DNA from: an uncultured Flavobacteriaceae bacterium
GTDB lineage: Bacteria; Bacteroidota; Bacteroidia; Flavobacteriales; Flavobacteriaceae
Length of the DNA stretch: 64,000 nt
Direction of reading: 5' to 3'
Assembly (NCBI GenBank): GCA_947502495.1
Contig: CANNAC010000001.1
Location: 618,906-682,905 of the forward strand
Shown here: positions 10,417-20,917 of the stretch, one piece after another
Layout of the letters: every line of letters starts with the position of its first letter
Numbering within the stretch: the stretch's first letter is position 1
Position numbers and translations under genes: made by a program
Notes under the pieces: model-generated
Database searches by the model: none
Seen by the model: the letters and a program-made list of their open reading frames with translations, nothing else
What the model was told of the DNA's origin: nothing

Positions 10417-11454
10417 ATGAAAAATAATTTCAACATAAACAATCTCGTAAGAGCTAACATAAAAGCATTAAAAGCCTATTCTTCCGCAAGAGATGAATTT
10501 AAAGGCACTGCAGATGTGTTTTTAGATGCAAATGAGAATCCGTTTGGAGACTTAAATAGGTATCCAGATCCACAACAAAGAGAAATTAAAGAAAAGTTAT
10601 CTGCCATAAAAAAAGTAGAAACAAATCAGATTTTTGTTGGCAATGGTAGTGACGAAGTTATCGATTTAGCATTTCGTATTTTTTGTGAACCAGGAAAAGA
10701 TAAGGTATTAACCTTTTCGCCAACGTACGGAATGTACGATGTGTCTGCAAATATTAATAATATCGAGGTTATAGAGCAGCCGCTAATTAACGATTTTCAA
10801 ATTAGTCTTAATCAATTACAACCGTATTTAGATTTCGAAGAGCTAAAAATTATTTTTATATGTTCTCCAAATAACCCAACAGGAAATAGTATTAATCCCG
10901 AGGATATAGAATATATTTTAGAAAATTTCAATGGTATTGTGATTGTAGATGAAGCCTATATCGATTTTAGTTCGCAAGCATCCTTCATTAAAAAAATAGA
11001 CAAATACAATAATCTAATTGTTAGTCAGACCTTTAGTAAAGCTTGGGGTTTAGCAGGTGTTAGAGTAGGAGTTGCCTATGCCAATGAAGCTATTATTAAA
11101 CTTTATAATCGTGTAAAACCACCTTATAATGTGAGTACTTTAAACCAAGAAGCGGTTTTAAAAAGCTTAAATAATGTAGAAGAAGTTACTCAGAATATCG
11201 ATACCATTCTTTTAGAAAGAACAAAGTTAAAAGACGCTTTAAGTACCCTTTCTGTGGTGAAAAAAGTATATCCTACAGATGCCAATTTTTTGTTGGTTGA
11301 AGTGGATGATGCTAATAAAACGTATCAATATTTAATTGAAAAAAAAGTAATTATTCGTAATAGAAATACACAAGTCGAAAATTGTATTCGTATTACTGTT
11401 GGTACTAAAGAAGAGAATGAGAAGTTAATTAGCGAATTAAAGAATATTAATTAA
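10417..11454 (+). CDS. hisC: Histidinol-phosphate aminotransferase
   Basis: [42 protein letters not shown] (PLP Lys). Confidence 0.97.
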   Translation: MKNNFNINNLVRANIKALKAYSSARDEFKGTADVFLDANENPFGDLNRYPDPQQREIKEKLSAIKKVETNQIFVGNGSDEVIDLAFRIFCEPGKDKVLTFSPTYGMYDVSANINNIEVIEQPLINDFQISLNQLQPYLDFEELKIIFICSPNNPTGNSINPEDIEYILENFNGIVIVDEAYIDFSSQASFIKKIDKYNNLIVSQTFSKAWGLAGVRVGVAYANEAIIKLYNRVKPPYNVSTLNQEAVLKSLNNVEEVTQNIDTILLERTKLKDALSTLSVVKKVYPTDANFLLVEVDDANKTYQYLIEKKVIIRNRNTQVENCIRITVGTKEENEKLISELKNIN

Positions 11455-11482
11455 AAGATTACCGCTTTCGCGGAAACTAAAG

Positions 11483-12622
11483 ATGAAAAAAGTATTATTT
11501 ATAGATAGAGACGGAACATTGGTATTAGAACCACCAGTAGATTATCAATTAGATAGCTTAGATAAGTTAGAATTCTACCCAAAAGTATTTCAATATATGG
11601 CTAAAATAGCTTCAGAATTGGATTATGAATTGGTTATGGTAACGAATCAAGACGGATTAGGGACAGATTCTTTTCCAGAGGATACCTTTTGGCCTGCGCA
11701 AAACAAAGTAATAACTGCTTTTGAAAAGGAAGGTGTTGTTTTTTCTGAAGTGTGTATCGATAGAACTTTTCCACATGAAAATGCAGAAACTCGTAAGCCA
11801 AGAACTGGTTTACTAACCAAGTATTTGGATAAAGAAAACTATGATTTAGAAAATTCTTTCGTTTTAGGAGACCGAATCACAGATATGGAATTGGCTAAAA
11901 ACCTAGGTGCCAAAGGAATCTTTTTATCTGAAAATCCAGAATTAGGAGCAGACGAAATTGAAACTTCCAAACAAGCTATTTTAGATGCTATTGCTTTAAC
12001 AAGTACCGACTGGAAAGCAATATATGAATTTTTAAAACTCGAAGATCGTGTTCAAGAGATTACTAGAAATACAAACGAAACCAACATTTACATTAAGTTA
12101 AATTTAGATGGTTCTGGTAAAAATGACATCGATACTGGTTTATCCTTTTTCGATCATATGTTAGACCAAATTGGTCGTCATGGTGCAATGGATTTAACGA
12201 TTAAAGTGGATGGAGATTTAAATGTAGATGAACACCATACCATCGAAGATACCATGATTGCTTTGGGGGAATTATTTAATAAAGCCTTAGGGAATAAATT
12301 AGGAATAGAACGTTACGGTTTTTGTTTGCCAATGGACGACTGTTTAGCACAAGTAGCTGTTGACTTTGGAGGTAGAAACTGGTTAGAATGGGAAGCTGAT
12401 TTTAAACGTGAGAAAATAGGAGACATGCCAACCGAAATGTTTTTCCATTTGTTTAAATCGTTCACAGACGGCGCAAAATGTAACCTAAATATTAAAGCGG
12501 AAGGAACCAACGAACATCATAAAATTGAAGGTATTTTTAAGGCATTTGCTAAAGCGATGAAAATGGCGGTAAAACGCGATTCTAATAAAATGTTTTTACC
12601 AAGTACTAAAGGAATGTTATAA
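11483..12622 (+). CDS. hisB: Bifunctional histidinol-phosphatase / imidazoleglycerol-phosphate dehydratase
   Basis: HAD DRDGT N-terminus; [14 protein letters not shown] and NEHHKIE IGPD motifs. Confidence 0.97.
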   Translation: MKKVLFIDRDGTLVLEPPVDYQLDSLDKLEFYPKVFQYMAKIASELDYELVMVTNQDGLGTDSFPEDTFWPAQNKVITAFEKEGVVFSEVCIDRTFPHENAETRKPRTGLLTKYLDKENYDLENSFVLGDRITDMELAKNLGAKGIFLSENPELGADEIETSKQAILDAIALTSTDWKAIYEFLKLEDRVQEITRNTNETNIYIKLNLDGSGKNDIDTGLSFFDHMLDQIGRHGAMDLTIKVDGDLNVDEHHTIEDTMIALGELFNKALGNKLGIERYGFCLPMDDCLAQVAVDFGGRNWLEWEADFKREKIGDMPTEMFFHLFKSFTDGAKCNLNIKAEGTNEHHKIEGIFKAFAKAMKMAVKRDSNKMFLPSTKGML

Positions 12623-12624
12623 TA

Positions 12625-12667
12625 TCACTTCGAGTGATTTTGGGGAACGAAAAATAGTATCGAGAAG
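12625..12667. repeat. Copy of the (G)TCACTTCGAGTG...TATCGAGAAG repeat family
   Basis: Same terminal motifs as the copies at 49043-49225. Confidence 0.8.
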
Positions 12668-12668
12668 A

Positions 12669-13250
12669 ATGAAAATAGTAATTATAGATTACGGGGCAGG
12701 AAATATTAAAAGCATTCAGTTTGCTTTTAAACGACTAGGACTGGAAGCGCTTCTGTCGAAGGATCCAGAAGAAATAAAAGCAGCAGATAAGATTATATTT
12801 CCAGGAGTAGGAGAAGCGAGTAGCGCAATGAAAATGCTTAGAAAAAGTAAGTTAGATATATTAATCCCGACTCTAACACAGCCTGTTTTAGGGATCTGTT
12901 TAGGTATGCAATTATTATGTAAAACTACAGAAGAAGGAAATGCCGAAGGATTAGGTATTTTTGATGTCCACGTGAAGCGATTTAATGCTTGTGTAAAAGT
13001 GCCGCAAATGGGTTGGAATACGGTAAGTAATTTAAAATCAGATTTGTTTAAAAACATAAATGACAAAAGCTATATGTATCTTGTGCATAGTTATTACGCA
13101 GAGAATTGTAATGAAGCTATAGCAACAACAGACTATGAGGTAGTATATGCTTCCGCATTGCAAAAAAACAACTTTTATGGCGTGCAATTTCACCCAGAAA
13201 AAAGTAGTGATGCAGGAGAACAATTATTAAAGAATTTTATAGCGTTATAA
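12669..13250 (+). CDS. hisH: Imidazole glycerol phosphate synthase glutaminase subunit
   Basis: DYGAGN, PGVG, GICLGMQ, QFHPEKS triad motifs. Confidence 0.97.
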   Translation: MKIVIIDYGAGNIKSIQFAFKRLGLEALLSKDPEEIKAADKIIFPGVGEASSAMKMLRKSKLDILIPTLTQPVLGICLGMQLLCKTTEEGNAEGLGIFDVHVKRFNACVKVPQMGWNTVSNLKSDLFKNINDKSYMYLVHSYYAENCNEAIATTDYEVVYASALQKNNFYGVQFHPEKSSDAGEQLLKNFIAL

Positions 13251-13334
13251 TGCCCTGCGAGGTTTTAAAAAGCTTGTAGGTATAAAAAAGAAGTTTAATT
13301 AAAAGAGAGATTTCCACTTTTGTGGAAAAGGAAT

Positions 13335-14063
13335 ATGAGAATAATACCAGCAATAGATATTATAGACGGAAAATGTGTTCGACTTACTAAAGGCGATTAC
13401 AATACGAAAAAGATATACAATGAAAATCCTTTAGAAGTAGCAAAACAATTTGAAGCTTCCGGAATTCAATATTTACATTTAGTAGATTTAGATGGGGCAA
13501 AAGCAAATCATATTGTAAACTATAAAGTACTAGAGCAAATTGCATCTAAAACCAATTTAAAGATTGATTTTGGTGGTGGTTTAAAAACAGATGAAGATTT
13601 GCATATCGCTTTTAATTCTGGAGCAAGACAAATTACAGGAGGTAGTATTGCGGTGCAAGACACCAATACTTTTGATAGCTGGATTTCTAAATATGGCGCA
13701 CAAAAAATTATACTTGGTGCCGATTGTAGAAATGAAAAAGTTGCTATTAGCGGTTGGATGGAAGAAAGCAATTTAGAAGTAATTCCTTTTGTGCAAGGCT
13801 ACCAGAAAAAGAACATTCAATATGTTATTTGTACCGATATTGCCAAAGATGGTATGTTAGAAGGTCCGTCGATAGAACTATACAAAAAGATGATAGAAAG
13901 CTGTTCTGCTAATAATCAAACGATCAAACTAATAGCTTCAGGTGGCGTTACCACTATTGATGACATCAATTTATTAGAAAAAATTGGTTGTGAAGGAGTC
14001 ATTATAGGTAAAGCTTTATATGAAGGAAATATACGTTTAACCGATTTAGAAACCATTTATTAA
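13335..14063 (+). CDS. hisA: ProFAR isomerase
   Basis: [34 protein letters not shown]; ATG 13335 preferred. Confidence 0.96.
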   Translation: MRIIPAIDIIDGKCVRLTKGDYNTKKIYNENPLEVAKQFEASGIQYLHLVDLDGAKANHIVNYKVLEQIASKTNLKIDFGGGLKTDEDLHIAFNSGARQITGGSIAVQDTNTFDSWISKYGAQKIILGADCRNEKVAISGWMEESNLEVIPFVQGYQKKNIQYVICTDIAKDGMLEGPSIELYKKMIESCSANNQTIKLIASGGVTTIDDINLLEKIGCEGVIIGKALYEGNIRLTDLETIY

Positions 14064-14064
14064 A

Positions 14065-14820
14065 ATGCTAGCAAAAAGAATTATTCCATGCTTGGATATT
14101 AAAGATGGTCGGACTGTAAAAGGCGTGAATTTTGTTGGTTTGCGAGATGCAGGAGATCCTGTTTCACTAGCCAAAAAATATGCAATCCTTGGTGCAGATG
14201 AGTTGGTTTTACTGGATATTTCTGCAACATTAGAAGGTAGAAAAACCATGTTAGATATGGTTCTAAAAGTAGCCGAACAAGTAAATATTCCGTTTACCGT
14301 TGGTGGAGGAATTTCTTCTATTGAAGATGTCGATGCCCTTTTAAAATCTGGAGCAGATAAAGTTTCTATAAATTCTTCGGCAATTAAACGTCCAGAATTA
14401 ATAAATGAATTGGCTAATAAATTTGGAAACCAATGTATTACCGTTGCTATTGATGCAAAACAAATAGATGGAAATTGGATTGTGCACGTGGCTGGAGGAA
14501 GTATTCCTACCGAATTAGATTTATTTTCGTGGGCGAAAGAAGCAGAAGAACGTGGTGCTGGAGAAATACTTTTTACATCTATGAATAATGACGGTACTAA
14601 AAATGGTTTTGCTAACGAAGCATTATCTAGGCTGTCTACAGAATTAAATATTCCTATAATAGCTTCTGGTGGCGCAGGAAACATGTCACATTTTGTGGAT
14701 GCTTTTCATGTAGGGAAAGCAGATGCAGCATTGGCGGCAAGTGTTTTTCATTTTGGTGAAATTGAAATAAAAGATTTAAAAAAGGAATTAAAGAATAATA
14801 ATATAGAAGTGCGATTATAA
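14065..14820 (+). CDS. hisF: Imidazole glycerol phosphate synthase cyclase subunit
   Basis: [38 protein letters not shown]. Confidence 0.97.
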   Translation: MLAKRIIPCLDIKDGRTVKGVNFVGLRDAGDPVSLAKKYAILGADELVLLDISATLEGRKTMLDMVLKVAEQVNIPFTVGGGISSIEDVDALLKSGADKVSINSSAIKRPELINELANKFGNQCITVAIDAKQIDGNWIVHVAGGSIPTELDLFSWAKEAEERGAGEILFTSMNNDGTKNGFANEALSRLSTELNIPIIASGGAGNMSHFVDAFHVGKADAALAASVFHFGEIEIKDLKKELKNNNIEVRL

Positions 14821-15419
14821 TGAATATAGATTTCAATAAAAATAACGACGGATTAGTGCCTGCCATCATTCAAGATGCAACAACCAATAAAGTATTAATG
14901 TTGGGCTATATGAATGCAGAAGCCTTCAGCAAAACAAAAGAAACAAAACAGGTTACTTTTTTCAGCAGAACCAAAAAACGCCTTTGGACAAAAGGAGAAG
15001 AAAGTGGTAACTTTTTAAACCTTGTAGATTACAAATTAGATTGCGATAATGACACCTTACTAATTCAGGTAAACCCAGTAGGAGCAACTTGTCATAAAGG
15101 ATCAGACACCTGCTGGAATGCAGAAAATAAAGAAAGTTTCGGTTTTATTTCTAAATTAGAAAATACTATCGAAAGTAGAGTGCAGGCAGGAGATTCTGAA
15201 AAATCGTATGTTGCTTCCTTATTTGCTTCAGGTATTAATAAAGTAGCTCAAAAAGTAGGAGAGGAAGCTGTGGAAGTGGTTATTGAAGCTATGGATAATA
15301 ATGACGATTTATTTCTTAGCGAAAGTGCCGATTTACTATTTCATTATTTAATGCTACTTCAAGCGAAAGGCTATAAGTTAGAAGATGTAGTTTCGGTTTT
15401 AAAAACTAGAGAAAAATAA
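14820..15419 (+). CDS. hisI: Bifunctional PR-AMP cyclohydrolase / PR-ATP pyrophosphatase HisIE
   Basis: WTKGEESGN, DCDNDTLL, TCHKG, KVGEEAVE, ADLLFH. Confidence 0.96.
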   Translation: MNIDFNKNNDGLVPAIIQDATTNKVLMLGYMNAEAFSKTKETKQVTFFSRTKKRLWTKGEESGNFLNLVDYKLDCDNDTLLIQVNPVGATCHKGSDTCWNAENKESFGFISKLENTIESRVQAGDSEKSYVASLFASGINKVAQKVGEEAVEVVIEAMDNNDDLFLSESADLLFHYLMLLQAKGYKLEDVVSVLKTREK

Positions 15420-15542
15420 TAGCAATTAAAAAGCCTTCTGTTTTTTAATTAGATACGCTTTTGTTACTAGCATATCCGTTATGAAAATTTTGTTAGATGT
15501 AATAAAATAGGTTACTTGCCGGATTAAAGAGATTCTTAAAAT

Positions 15543-16325
15543 ATGTTTGATAAACGTTACTACTATCTAGTCAAAATACAATATTTAGGTTACCGTTTTC
15601 ACGGTTGGCAAAAACAGCCAAAATTGAAAACAGTGCATTTAATGATTGATAGAACTTTTAATTACATTTTAGAAGGCAAACGTTTTAAAACCCTAGCTTC
15701 TGGTAGAACAGATGCCATGGTTTCTGCAAATGCTTCGGCTTTTGAGCTTTTTTTATATGAGCCTATTGAAGATCAAGAAGCTTTTTTAGCACTTTTTAAT
15801 CACAATCTACCACAGGATATTCGCGCATTATCTATTGAAGAAGTAGATGCGAAATTCAATATTATTCAGCATTCTAAAACAAAAGAGTATTTATACCTCT
15901 TTACATACGGAGAGAAATGCCATCCGTTTTGTGCGCCAATTCTAACTACTATTTTAGAGGATTTAGATATTGCAGCAATGCAAGAAGGAGCAAAACTATT
16001 TCAGGGTACACATAACTTTAAAACCTATTGTTATAAAGCGACTAATGAAGGTTTATATACTAGAGAAGTTAGTACTTGTGAGTTAGTCGAGAATACAGTA
16101 TTTAGTGCGAATTTTTTCCCAGAAAAAACATATATGCTTCGTGTAAAAGGAAAAGGTTTTGGTAGAAATCAAATTAGATTAATGATGGGAGCACTTATAA
16201 AATTAGGAAGAGCAGAGATCACTTTAGAGTATATTAGAACTACATTACTACCAGAAAGTACAGAAGTGATGGACTATATTGCTCCAGCTTCTGGTTTAGT
16301 CTTAAATAACATAGAATTCGAATAA
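15543..16325 (+). CDS. truA: TruA-family tRNA pseudouridine synthase
   Basis: YLGYRFHGWQ, SGRTDA (catalytic Asp), GKGFGRNQIR, APASGL; divergent, may be a paralog. Confidence 0.75.
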   Translation: MFDKRYYYLVKIQYLGYRFHGWQKQPKLKTVHLMIDRTFNYILEGKRFKTLASGRTDAMVSANASAFELFLYEPIEDQEAFLALFNHNLPQDIRALSIEEVDAKFNIIQHSKTKEYLYLFTYGEKCHPFCAPILTTILEDLDIAAMQEGAKLFQGTHNFKTYCYKATNEGLYTREVSTCELVENTVFSANFFPEKTYMLRVKGKGFGRNQIRLMMGALIKLGRAEITLEYIRTTLLPESTEVMDYIAPASGLVLNNIEFE

Positions 16326-16357
16326 ACTTTAGTATTTTTATATTAATTATAAAAGAT

Positions 16358-17443
16358 ATGGCGCAAAAGAATCGTAAAAGTACCAAACGTAAAAAAACAT
16401 ATAAAACGGTAAACTCTGTTCCTGGAACCGTTGCTTATATTGGTAATAAACAATCTCTAGAAACCAAAATAGATATTGTAAACTACAATAAAGATGCTTG
16501 CGATTTTAGAATTTCTAATAATGTAGAAGATGCTTTTCATTTTAAGGGACAAGAACATGTTACTTGGATTAATATTAACGGTTTAAATAATACCGCAGAA
16601 ATAGAAAAACTAGGTAAACATTACAATTTGCATCCTTTAGTATTAGAAGATATTGTAACCACCAACCAGAGAGCAAAATTGGAAGAATACGAGGATTATT
16701 TGTTTATCGTATTTAAAATGTTACACTTTAAAAGTGAAGATGAAATAGTTTACGAACACATGAGTATGGTTGTAGGAGAAAACTATGTACTTACTTTTCA
16801 AGAAGCCGATGGCGATGTTTTTGATGATTTAAGAGATCGGATTAAAAATGCCAAAGGAAGAGTGCGAAATGCGAAAGCAGATTATCTTATGTACACCATT
16901 TTAGATGCTGTTGTAGATAATTATTTTACGGTTATTGAAGCGGAAGGTGATAAAATAGAAGATTTAGAAGAAACTCTTTTTATTGAAGAATCTAACTCAA
17001 ATACAACAACTACAAGTATTCAAAACCAAAAACGCGAAATACTAAAAATACGAAGAACCGTTTTTCCTTTTCGTGAAGTGGTTAACAAATTGGAAAAATC
17101 GGAAATCGATTTTATAGAAGATAAAACCAAAAACTACCTTCGTAATTTATACGACCACATGATACAAGTAAACGAAAGTATAGACTTGTATCGTGAAATG
17201 ATTTGGGGACTTATGGATTTATACATGACCAATATTAGTAATAAAATGAACGAGGTGATGAAGGTGCTAACTATTATAGCAACTATCTTTATTCCGTTAA
17301 CTTTTATTGCAGGTATTTACGGTATGAATTTCACCAATATGCCAGAACTTTCTAGTCCGTATGGCTATTATATTGTTTGGGCAGTGATGATTATTATACT
17401 CATAATTATGTTAATTTATTTCAGAAAAAAGAAGTGGTTTTAA
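16358..17443 (+). CDS. corA: Magnesium/cobalt transporter CorA
   Basis: LHPLVLEDI, two C-terminal TMs with GIYGMNF signature. Confidence 0.95.
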   Translation: MAQKNRKSTKRKKTYKTVNSVPGTVAYIGNKQSLETKIDIVNYNKDACDFRISNNVEDAFHFKGQEHVTWININGLNNTAEIEKLGKHYNLHPLVLEDIVTTNQRAKLEEYEDYLFIVFKMLHFKSEDEIVYEHMSMVVGENYVLTFQEADGDVFDDLRDRIKNAKGRVRNAKADYLMYTILDAVVDNYFTVIEAEGDKIEDLEETLFIEESNSNTTTTSIQNQKREILKIRRTVFPFREVVNKLEKSEIDFIEDKTKNYLRNLYDHMIQVNESIDLYREMIWGLMDLYMTNISNKMNEVMKVLTIIATIFIPLTFIAGIYGMNFTNMPELSSPYGYYIVWAVMIIILIIMLIYFRKKKWF

Positions 17444-17566
17444 CTTAATTTATGTTAAAAAAATCTTAAAACAGTTAAAACCTGTTAAAGGACTTGACAA
17501 AAGTGAGATTTCTCATAGTTTATATAGTGTTCGAACAAAACAAACACTTTAAAACAATATATAATT

Positions 17567-18067
17567 ATGAGTTATTTGAATATGCAAGATGAGAAATTAT
17601 TACCTGTAGTTGTAGAACTAAATACACTACTAGCAGATTACCACATTTATTACCAAAAACTAAGAAATTTTCACTGGAACATTTTAGGAGAAAACTTCTT
17701 TGACCTTCACAATAAGTTTGAAGAACTTTACAAAGATGCACAACTTAAGATTGATGAAATTGCAGAACGCATTCTAACTTTAAGATTTCATCCGATGAGT
17801 AAATACAGCAATTATTTAAAAATTTCGGCTGTAGAAGAAGCGAAGTCTTTAAAATCGGATACGTATATGGTTTCCGAAATTATTAAAGATCACAAAATAA
17901 TATTAGCACAAATGTCTCGTGTTATTGAGAAAGCAGAAGAAGCTTCAGATGAAGGTACCATAGATCTTATTGGTGCTTATATACGCGATTTAGAAAAAGC
18001 AAGCTGGATGTTAGATGCTTGGACAAAAAAGACTTCCGATAAGTTACAGAGTGTAGAAGTGAATTAA
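17567..18067 (+). CDS. dps: Dps DNA-protection/ferroxidase protein
   Basis: RNFHWN, LHNKFEELY and IDEIAERI ferroxidase motifs. Confidence 0.93.
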   Translation: MSYLNMQDEKLLPVVVELNTLLADYHIYYQKLRNFHWNILGENFFDLHNKFEELYKDAQLKIDEIAERILTLRFHPMSKYSNYLKISAVEEAKSLKSDTYMVSEIIKDHKIILAQMSRVIEKAEEASDEGTIDLIGAYIRDLEKASWMLDAWTKKTSDKLQSVEVN

Positions 18068-18124
18068 GTTTTTAGTAGGTATTAAAAACAAAAAAAATCA
18101 CTTCACCTTTAAAACTTATTATAC

Positions 18125-19030
18125 ATGAAATTACAATTTCAAACCGCATTAGATGGCCTTATTGAGAAATTAGAAAACTGGTTTACAGCTATTGTGCAAA
18201 TGTTGCCAAATTTACTAATTGCTATTTTAGTATTAGTAACCGCTTATTTTACGGCAAAGTTTGTTAAAAAAATTGTTACAAAACTAGTATCTAAGAAAAT
18301 AGAACAAGATTCCATTAGTAATATTATTGGAAAAGTATCTGCAATAGCAGTGGTAGTAGCCGGATTACTTCTAGCTTTAGGAATCTTAGACCTTAGTAAA
18401 ACATTATCCTCATTATTAGCAGGTGCTGGTGTTGTAGGTTTAGCTATTGGTTTAGCATTACAAGGAACATTATCTAATACTTTTGCTGGATTAGTATTAT
18501 CCTTTAAGCAAAAAATTGAAATAGGAAATTGGGTAGAAACCAATGGATTTTCAGGAGAGGTTATGGATATTAATCTAAAGGATTTCACCATAAAAGAAGC
18601 AGATAATAATATGGTAATCATACCCAATAAAACCATATTAGAAAATCCAATGAAAAACTATTCACTTACTACAAAAATGCGTGTCATGCTAGAGTGTGGT
18701 GTTGGTTATGAGTCTGATTTAGAACATGTAGAGCAACTTACCAAACAAACCATAGCAAATGTTTTTAGTCAAGTAAAAGAAGCTAACGAAGTAGAATTCT
18801 ATTATACCGAATTTGGGGGAAGTTCAATAAATTACTTATGTAGATTTTGGATTGATGCAGATAGTGCATTAGAAAAACTAAGAGCAAAAAGTACTGCCAT
18901 TATTGAAATTAAGAAGGCATACGATAAAGAAAATATCAATATTCCTTTTCCTATTAGAACATTGCAATTTGATAACGAACTATCCTTGCAAAAATCGGGA
19001 TCACCTCAGGAAGAATTCTCTAAGAATTAG
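18125..19030 (+). CDS. mscS: Small-conductance mechanosensitive channel
   Basis: GAGVVGLAIGLALQGTLSN TM3, IPNK, IPFPIR. Confidence 0.9.
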   Translation: MKLQFQTALDGLIEKLENWFTAIVQMLPNLLIAILVLVTAYFTAKFVKKIVTKLVSKKIEQDSISNIIGKVSAIAVVVAGLLLALGILDLSKTLSSLLAGAGVVGLAIGLALQGTLSNTFAGLVLSFKQKIEIGNWVETNGFSGEVMDINLKDFTIKEADNNMVIIPNKTILENPMKNYSLTTKMRVMLECGVGYESDLEHVEQLTKQTIANVFSQVKEANEVEFYYTEFGGSSINYLCRFWIDADSALEKLRAKSTAIIEIKKAYDKENINIPFPIRTLQFDNELSLQKSGSPQEEFSKN

Positions 19031-19096
19031 AGTGAGAGTATACTAAGAATTCACAAAGTATAGTCTATTACATTACAATTTTAAAACCTTAAAGAT

Positions 19097-19261
19097 ATGT
19101 TACGATGGACAATCACGTTTATAATAATTGCATTTATCGCAGGAATTTTAGGATTTAGCGGAATTGCAGGAGCATCGGCAGGAATTGCCAAAATACTATT
19201 CTTCGTATTTATAGTATTATTTATTCTATCTCTAATTAGAGATGTTATAAGAAAATCCTAA
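19097..19261 (+). CDS. DUF1328 (YtjA-like) small membrane protein, 54 aa
   Basis: Read directly: [54 protein letters not shown]; below the ORF-track cutoff. Confidence 0.9.
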   Translation: MLRWTITFIIIAFIAGILGFSGIAGASAGIAKILFFVFIVLFILSLIRDVIRKS

Positions 19262-19296
19262 AAACAAAACAATTAATAATCACAAAAAAGATAATC

Positions 19297-19497
19297 ATGA
19301 AAAAATTAATATTTGCAGTAGTACTAATGTTTTCAATCGCAACCGTATTTACAAGTTGTAGAGAAGAAAAGAAAACACCAAAAGAAAAAATAGAAGCAGC
19401 AGCAGAAGATACAAGAGATGCCATTGAAGATGCGGCAGATGATGTTAAAGACGAAATGGAAGATGTTAAAGAAGAAATAGAAGATGAAGTAGAATAA
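19297..19497 (+). CDS. Small acidic lipoprotein with amphipathic repeats
   Basis: Lipobox FTS-C; AAEDTRDAIED/AADDVKDEMED repeats. Confidence 0.8.
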   Translation: MKKLIFAVVLMFSIATVFTSCREEKKTPKEKIEAAAEDTRDAIEDAADDVKDEMEDVKEEIEDEVE

Positions 19498-19552
19498 CAG
19501 CTACTTAGTCTTTACAATCAAAAGTTTAACCATTAAAATTTAAAACCAAAAA

Positions 19553-20104
19553 ATGAAAAATTTAGTATTTATATTTAGTTTATTAATGAGTGCAGGTATT
19601 TACGCACAAAATAATAATCCTGTAGATGTTACAGATGAAACTATTGTGAAAACAGTACAAGTAAAAGAAGACGGGGAAATTATAGAAAAGAAAGTAAAAG
19701 TAAACACCGTACAAAAGCAAGAAGTAAAAATCGATCCAAAAGATAGATATAAGCTTAACGGATATCGAATGGACACACCAGTAAAAGTAACCAAAACGGT
19801 AATGGTGGATAATGATAGAGATCCACAATATGATACCAAAACAAAAGTGACCTACTACAAGTTTAACGAGGTAGATTATGCTTTTGTTCCGGATGAAAAA
19901 GGGTTCATCGTTTCGGTAAAAAAAGGGGAGAAAAAAATCCCTTTTGGTAAAGCCAGATACTCCGCTAGAAACATGAGTTATATTGTTACCACAGAGGAAT
20001 ACACAGGAGTTGGATACTTTGATAAAGATAAAACTTTTGTAATAGAATATTATGATGGTGAAAGTGATGGATTGATAACCAAGGAGTTTAAAGTTACTAA
20101 GTAA
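19553..20104 (+). CDS. Secreted hypothetical protein
   Basis: Signal peptide ending IYA-Q; family not recognised. Confidence 0.7.
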   Translation: MKNLVFIFSLLMSAGIYAQNNNPVDVTDETIVKTVQVKEDGEIIEKKVKVNTVQKQEVKIDPKDRYKLNGYRMDTPVKVTKTVMVDNDRDPQYDTKTKVTYYKFNEVDYAFVPDEKGFIVSVKKGEKKIPFGKARYSARNMSYIVTTEEYTGVGYFDKDKTFVIEYYDGESDGLITKEFKVTK

Positions 20105-20159
20105 ATTTTATGTTAGTGGATGGCAGTTTTTAATTAAACCCGCTATCGATTAATAGCAG

Positions 20160-20188
20160 AAAAGCCTCGATTTTTTCGAGGCTTTTTG
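20160..20188 (+). terminator. Intrinsic terminator
   Basis: AAAAGCCTCGA/TCGAGGCTTTT stem. Confidence 0.8.
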
Positions 20189-20217
20189 TATTTTTAAGCC
20201 TATTTAATATTTGTATT

Positions 20218-20895
20218 ATGAACGAAACGATACCAAGAGAAACCTTCGACTTTTTTAAACGATTAGAAAAAAATAATAATCGAGAATGGTTTAACGAAAA
20301 CAAGAAAGAATTTAAAGAAATAGAGGCAGAGGTAAAGCAAGTTTATAATCAGTTGTTTAACATGCTTACTGCGCAGGATGAAATAGATAAAATGAAGATG
20401 TTTCGTATTTATCGCGATGTGCGTTTTTCTAAAAACAAACTACCATATAAAACCCATTTTGGAGGTTCGTTTAGCAGAGTAAAACCTAATTTAAGAGGTG
20501 GTTATTATCTACACATTCAGCCAAATAATGAAAGTTTTATTGCTACCGGATTTTGGGAACCAAACAAAGAAGATTTATTGCGAATTAGAAAAGAGTTTGA
20601 ACAAGACGATTCCGAAATTAGAGAAATAATTAACAACAAAAAGTTTAAATCGGTTTGGGGTGAACTTGTTGGAGACGAAGTAAAAACAGCACCTCGTAAC
20701 TTTGATAAAGAACACAAAGCCATCGATTTAATCAAGAAAAAACAATTTATTTTTACCAAAAAATATACGGATAAAGAAGTGATTTCTCCAGGCTTTTTAA
20801 AGGATGTAGAAAAGGCGTTTATAGCTATCAGACCTTATTTTAATTATATGAGTGATGTGCTAACTACAGATTTAAATGGCGTATCGTTAATTTAA
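20218..20895 (+). CDS. DUF2461 (TIGR02453-like) protein
   Basis: NNNREWF, FRIYRDVRFSKNKLPYK signature. Confidence 0.9.
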   Translation: MNETIPRETFDFFKRLEKNNNREWFNENKKEFKEIEAEVKQVYNQLFNMLTAQDEIDKMKMFRIYRDVRFSKNKLPYKTHFGGSFSRVKPNLRGGYYLHIQPNNESFIATGFWEPNKEDLLRIRKEFEQDDSEIREIINNKKFKSVWGELVGDEVKTAPRNFDKEHKAIDLIKKKQFIFTKKYTDKEVISPGFLKDVEKAFIAIRPYFNYMSDVLTTDLNGVSLI

Positions 20896-20917
20896 TTACT
20901 GCGTTTAAACGTTTTCT

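Noticed and set aside
17494-17499. TTGACA as a sigma70 -35 box for dps
   Set aside because: No -10 hexamer at 16-18 nt spacing, and Bacteroidota primary sigma uses TTTG/TAnnTTTG
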